Below are positions 23,329-23,374 of a stretch of 23,374 nucleotides of DNA, piece after piece. The first letter of the stretch is position 1. The number at the start of each line of letters is the position of its first letter. This DNA is from a virus, in the IMG/VR virus record IMGVR_UViG_3300031920_000007, positions 1 to 23,374 of that record. One strand, given 5' to 3'. The translations under genes were made by a program, and so were the position numbers. The notes under the pieces were generated by a model. That model worked only from the letters and a program-made list of their open reading frames with translations. It had not been told where the DNA came from and did not search any database.

Positions 23329-23358
23329 TTGAAACCTTTTAAAAATATAGTGTATAAC
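23329..23358 (+). promoter_or_regulatory. Promoter-like element P_a (TTGAAA-N18-TATAAC) upstream of ORF 58..204 across the circular junction.
   Basis: TTGAAA at 23329-23334, an 18-nt spacer, TATAAC at 23353-23358 (the second copy has TATAAC at 24-29). It is one of four copies of TGAAAC-N17-TATAAY in the window, and all four are intergenic. Confidence 0.45.
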
Positions 23359-23374
23359 TAGTATATAACAATTT
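23330..23374. repeat. Terminal direct repeat, copy 2.
   Basis: Exact 45/45 identity with 1..45. The unique genome length is therefore 23,329 bp. Confidence 0.9.

Noticed and set aside
1-23374. Search by eye for tRNA/tmRNA genes, integrase, excisionase or att sites, DNA polymerase or primase, and toxin-antitoxin pairs.
   Set aside because: No cloverleaf-like GC-rich ~75-nt segment was seen in the few intergenic regions. No ORF has tyrosine- or serine-recombinase or polymerase motifs that I can recognise. Absence by eye is not proof.

Overview
The window looks like a complete, circularly closed genome of an uncultivated AT-rich tailed dsDNA phage. Its first 45 nt are identical to its last 45 nt, which leaves 23,329 unique bp.

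Gene layout. Almost all genes lie on the minus strand, in two blocks.
- Block 1 (15661 down to 495): HNH homing endonuclease, a winged-helix initiator-like protein, small unknowns, a sigma-70-like factor, small membrane proteins, TerS, TerL, neck and tail genes, a 1324-aa tail protein, a tape-measure-like protein, an XkdF/MuF fusion and a small TM protein.
- Block 2 (22726 down to 15978): scaffold, HK97-type major capsid, a tail-tube-like protein, portal, adaptor-like protein, a holin-like protein, a Trp-repeat protein and a tail fibre. It ends in two tandem intrinsic terminators.
- Plus-strand units are few and each is insulated: a GIY-YIG-like endonuclease gene, a 48-aa ORF, an 84-aa winged-helix protein, a Pol-beta-type nucleotidyltransferase-like gene inserted antisense into the morphogenesis genes, and a roughly 90-nt promoter-to-terminator unit with no long ORF.

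Host. No gene has a Shine-Dalgarno sequence; leaders are A/C-rich (AAACAAACAA-ATG). The tail protein carries SprB-like repeats. Both point to a Bacteroidota (Flavobacteriia) host, which is an inference.

Most notable observations.
1. Five phased 22-bp units (ten GTGCA boxes at alternating 9/13-bp spacing) sit inside the initiator-like gene. This is a lambda-O-style candidate origin.
2. The nucleotidyltransferase-like gene is a self-contained moron with a palindromic divergent promoter region.
3. Five tandem cysteine-framed modules follow the SprB-like repeats at the C-terminus of the giant tail protein.
4. Two separate promoter-like motif classes partition the genes, and the phage encodes its own sigma-like factor.
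5. No integrase, DNA polymerase, tRNA, CRISPR array or canonical endolysin was recognised.

Limits. All functional calls rest on motif recognition by eye and from memory. No searches were run.
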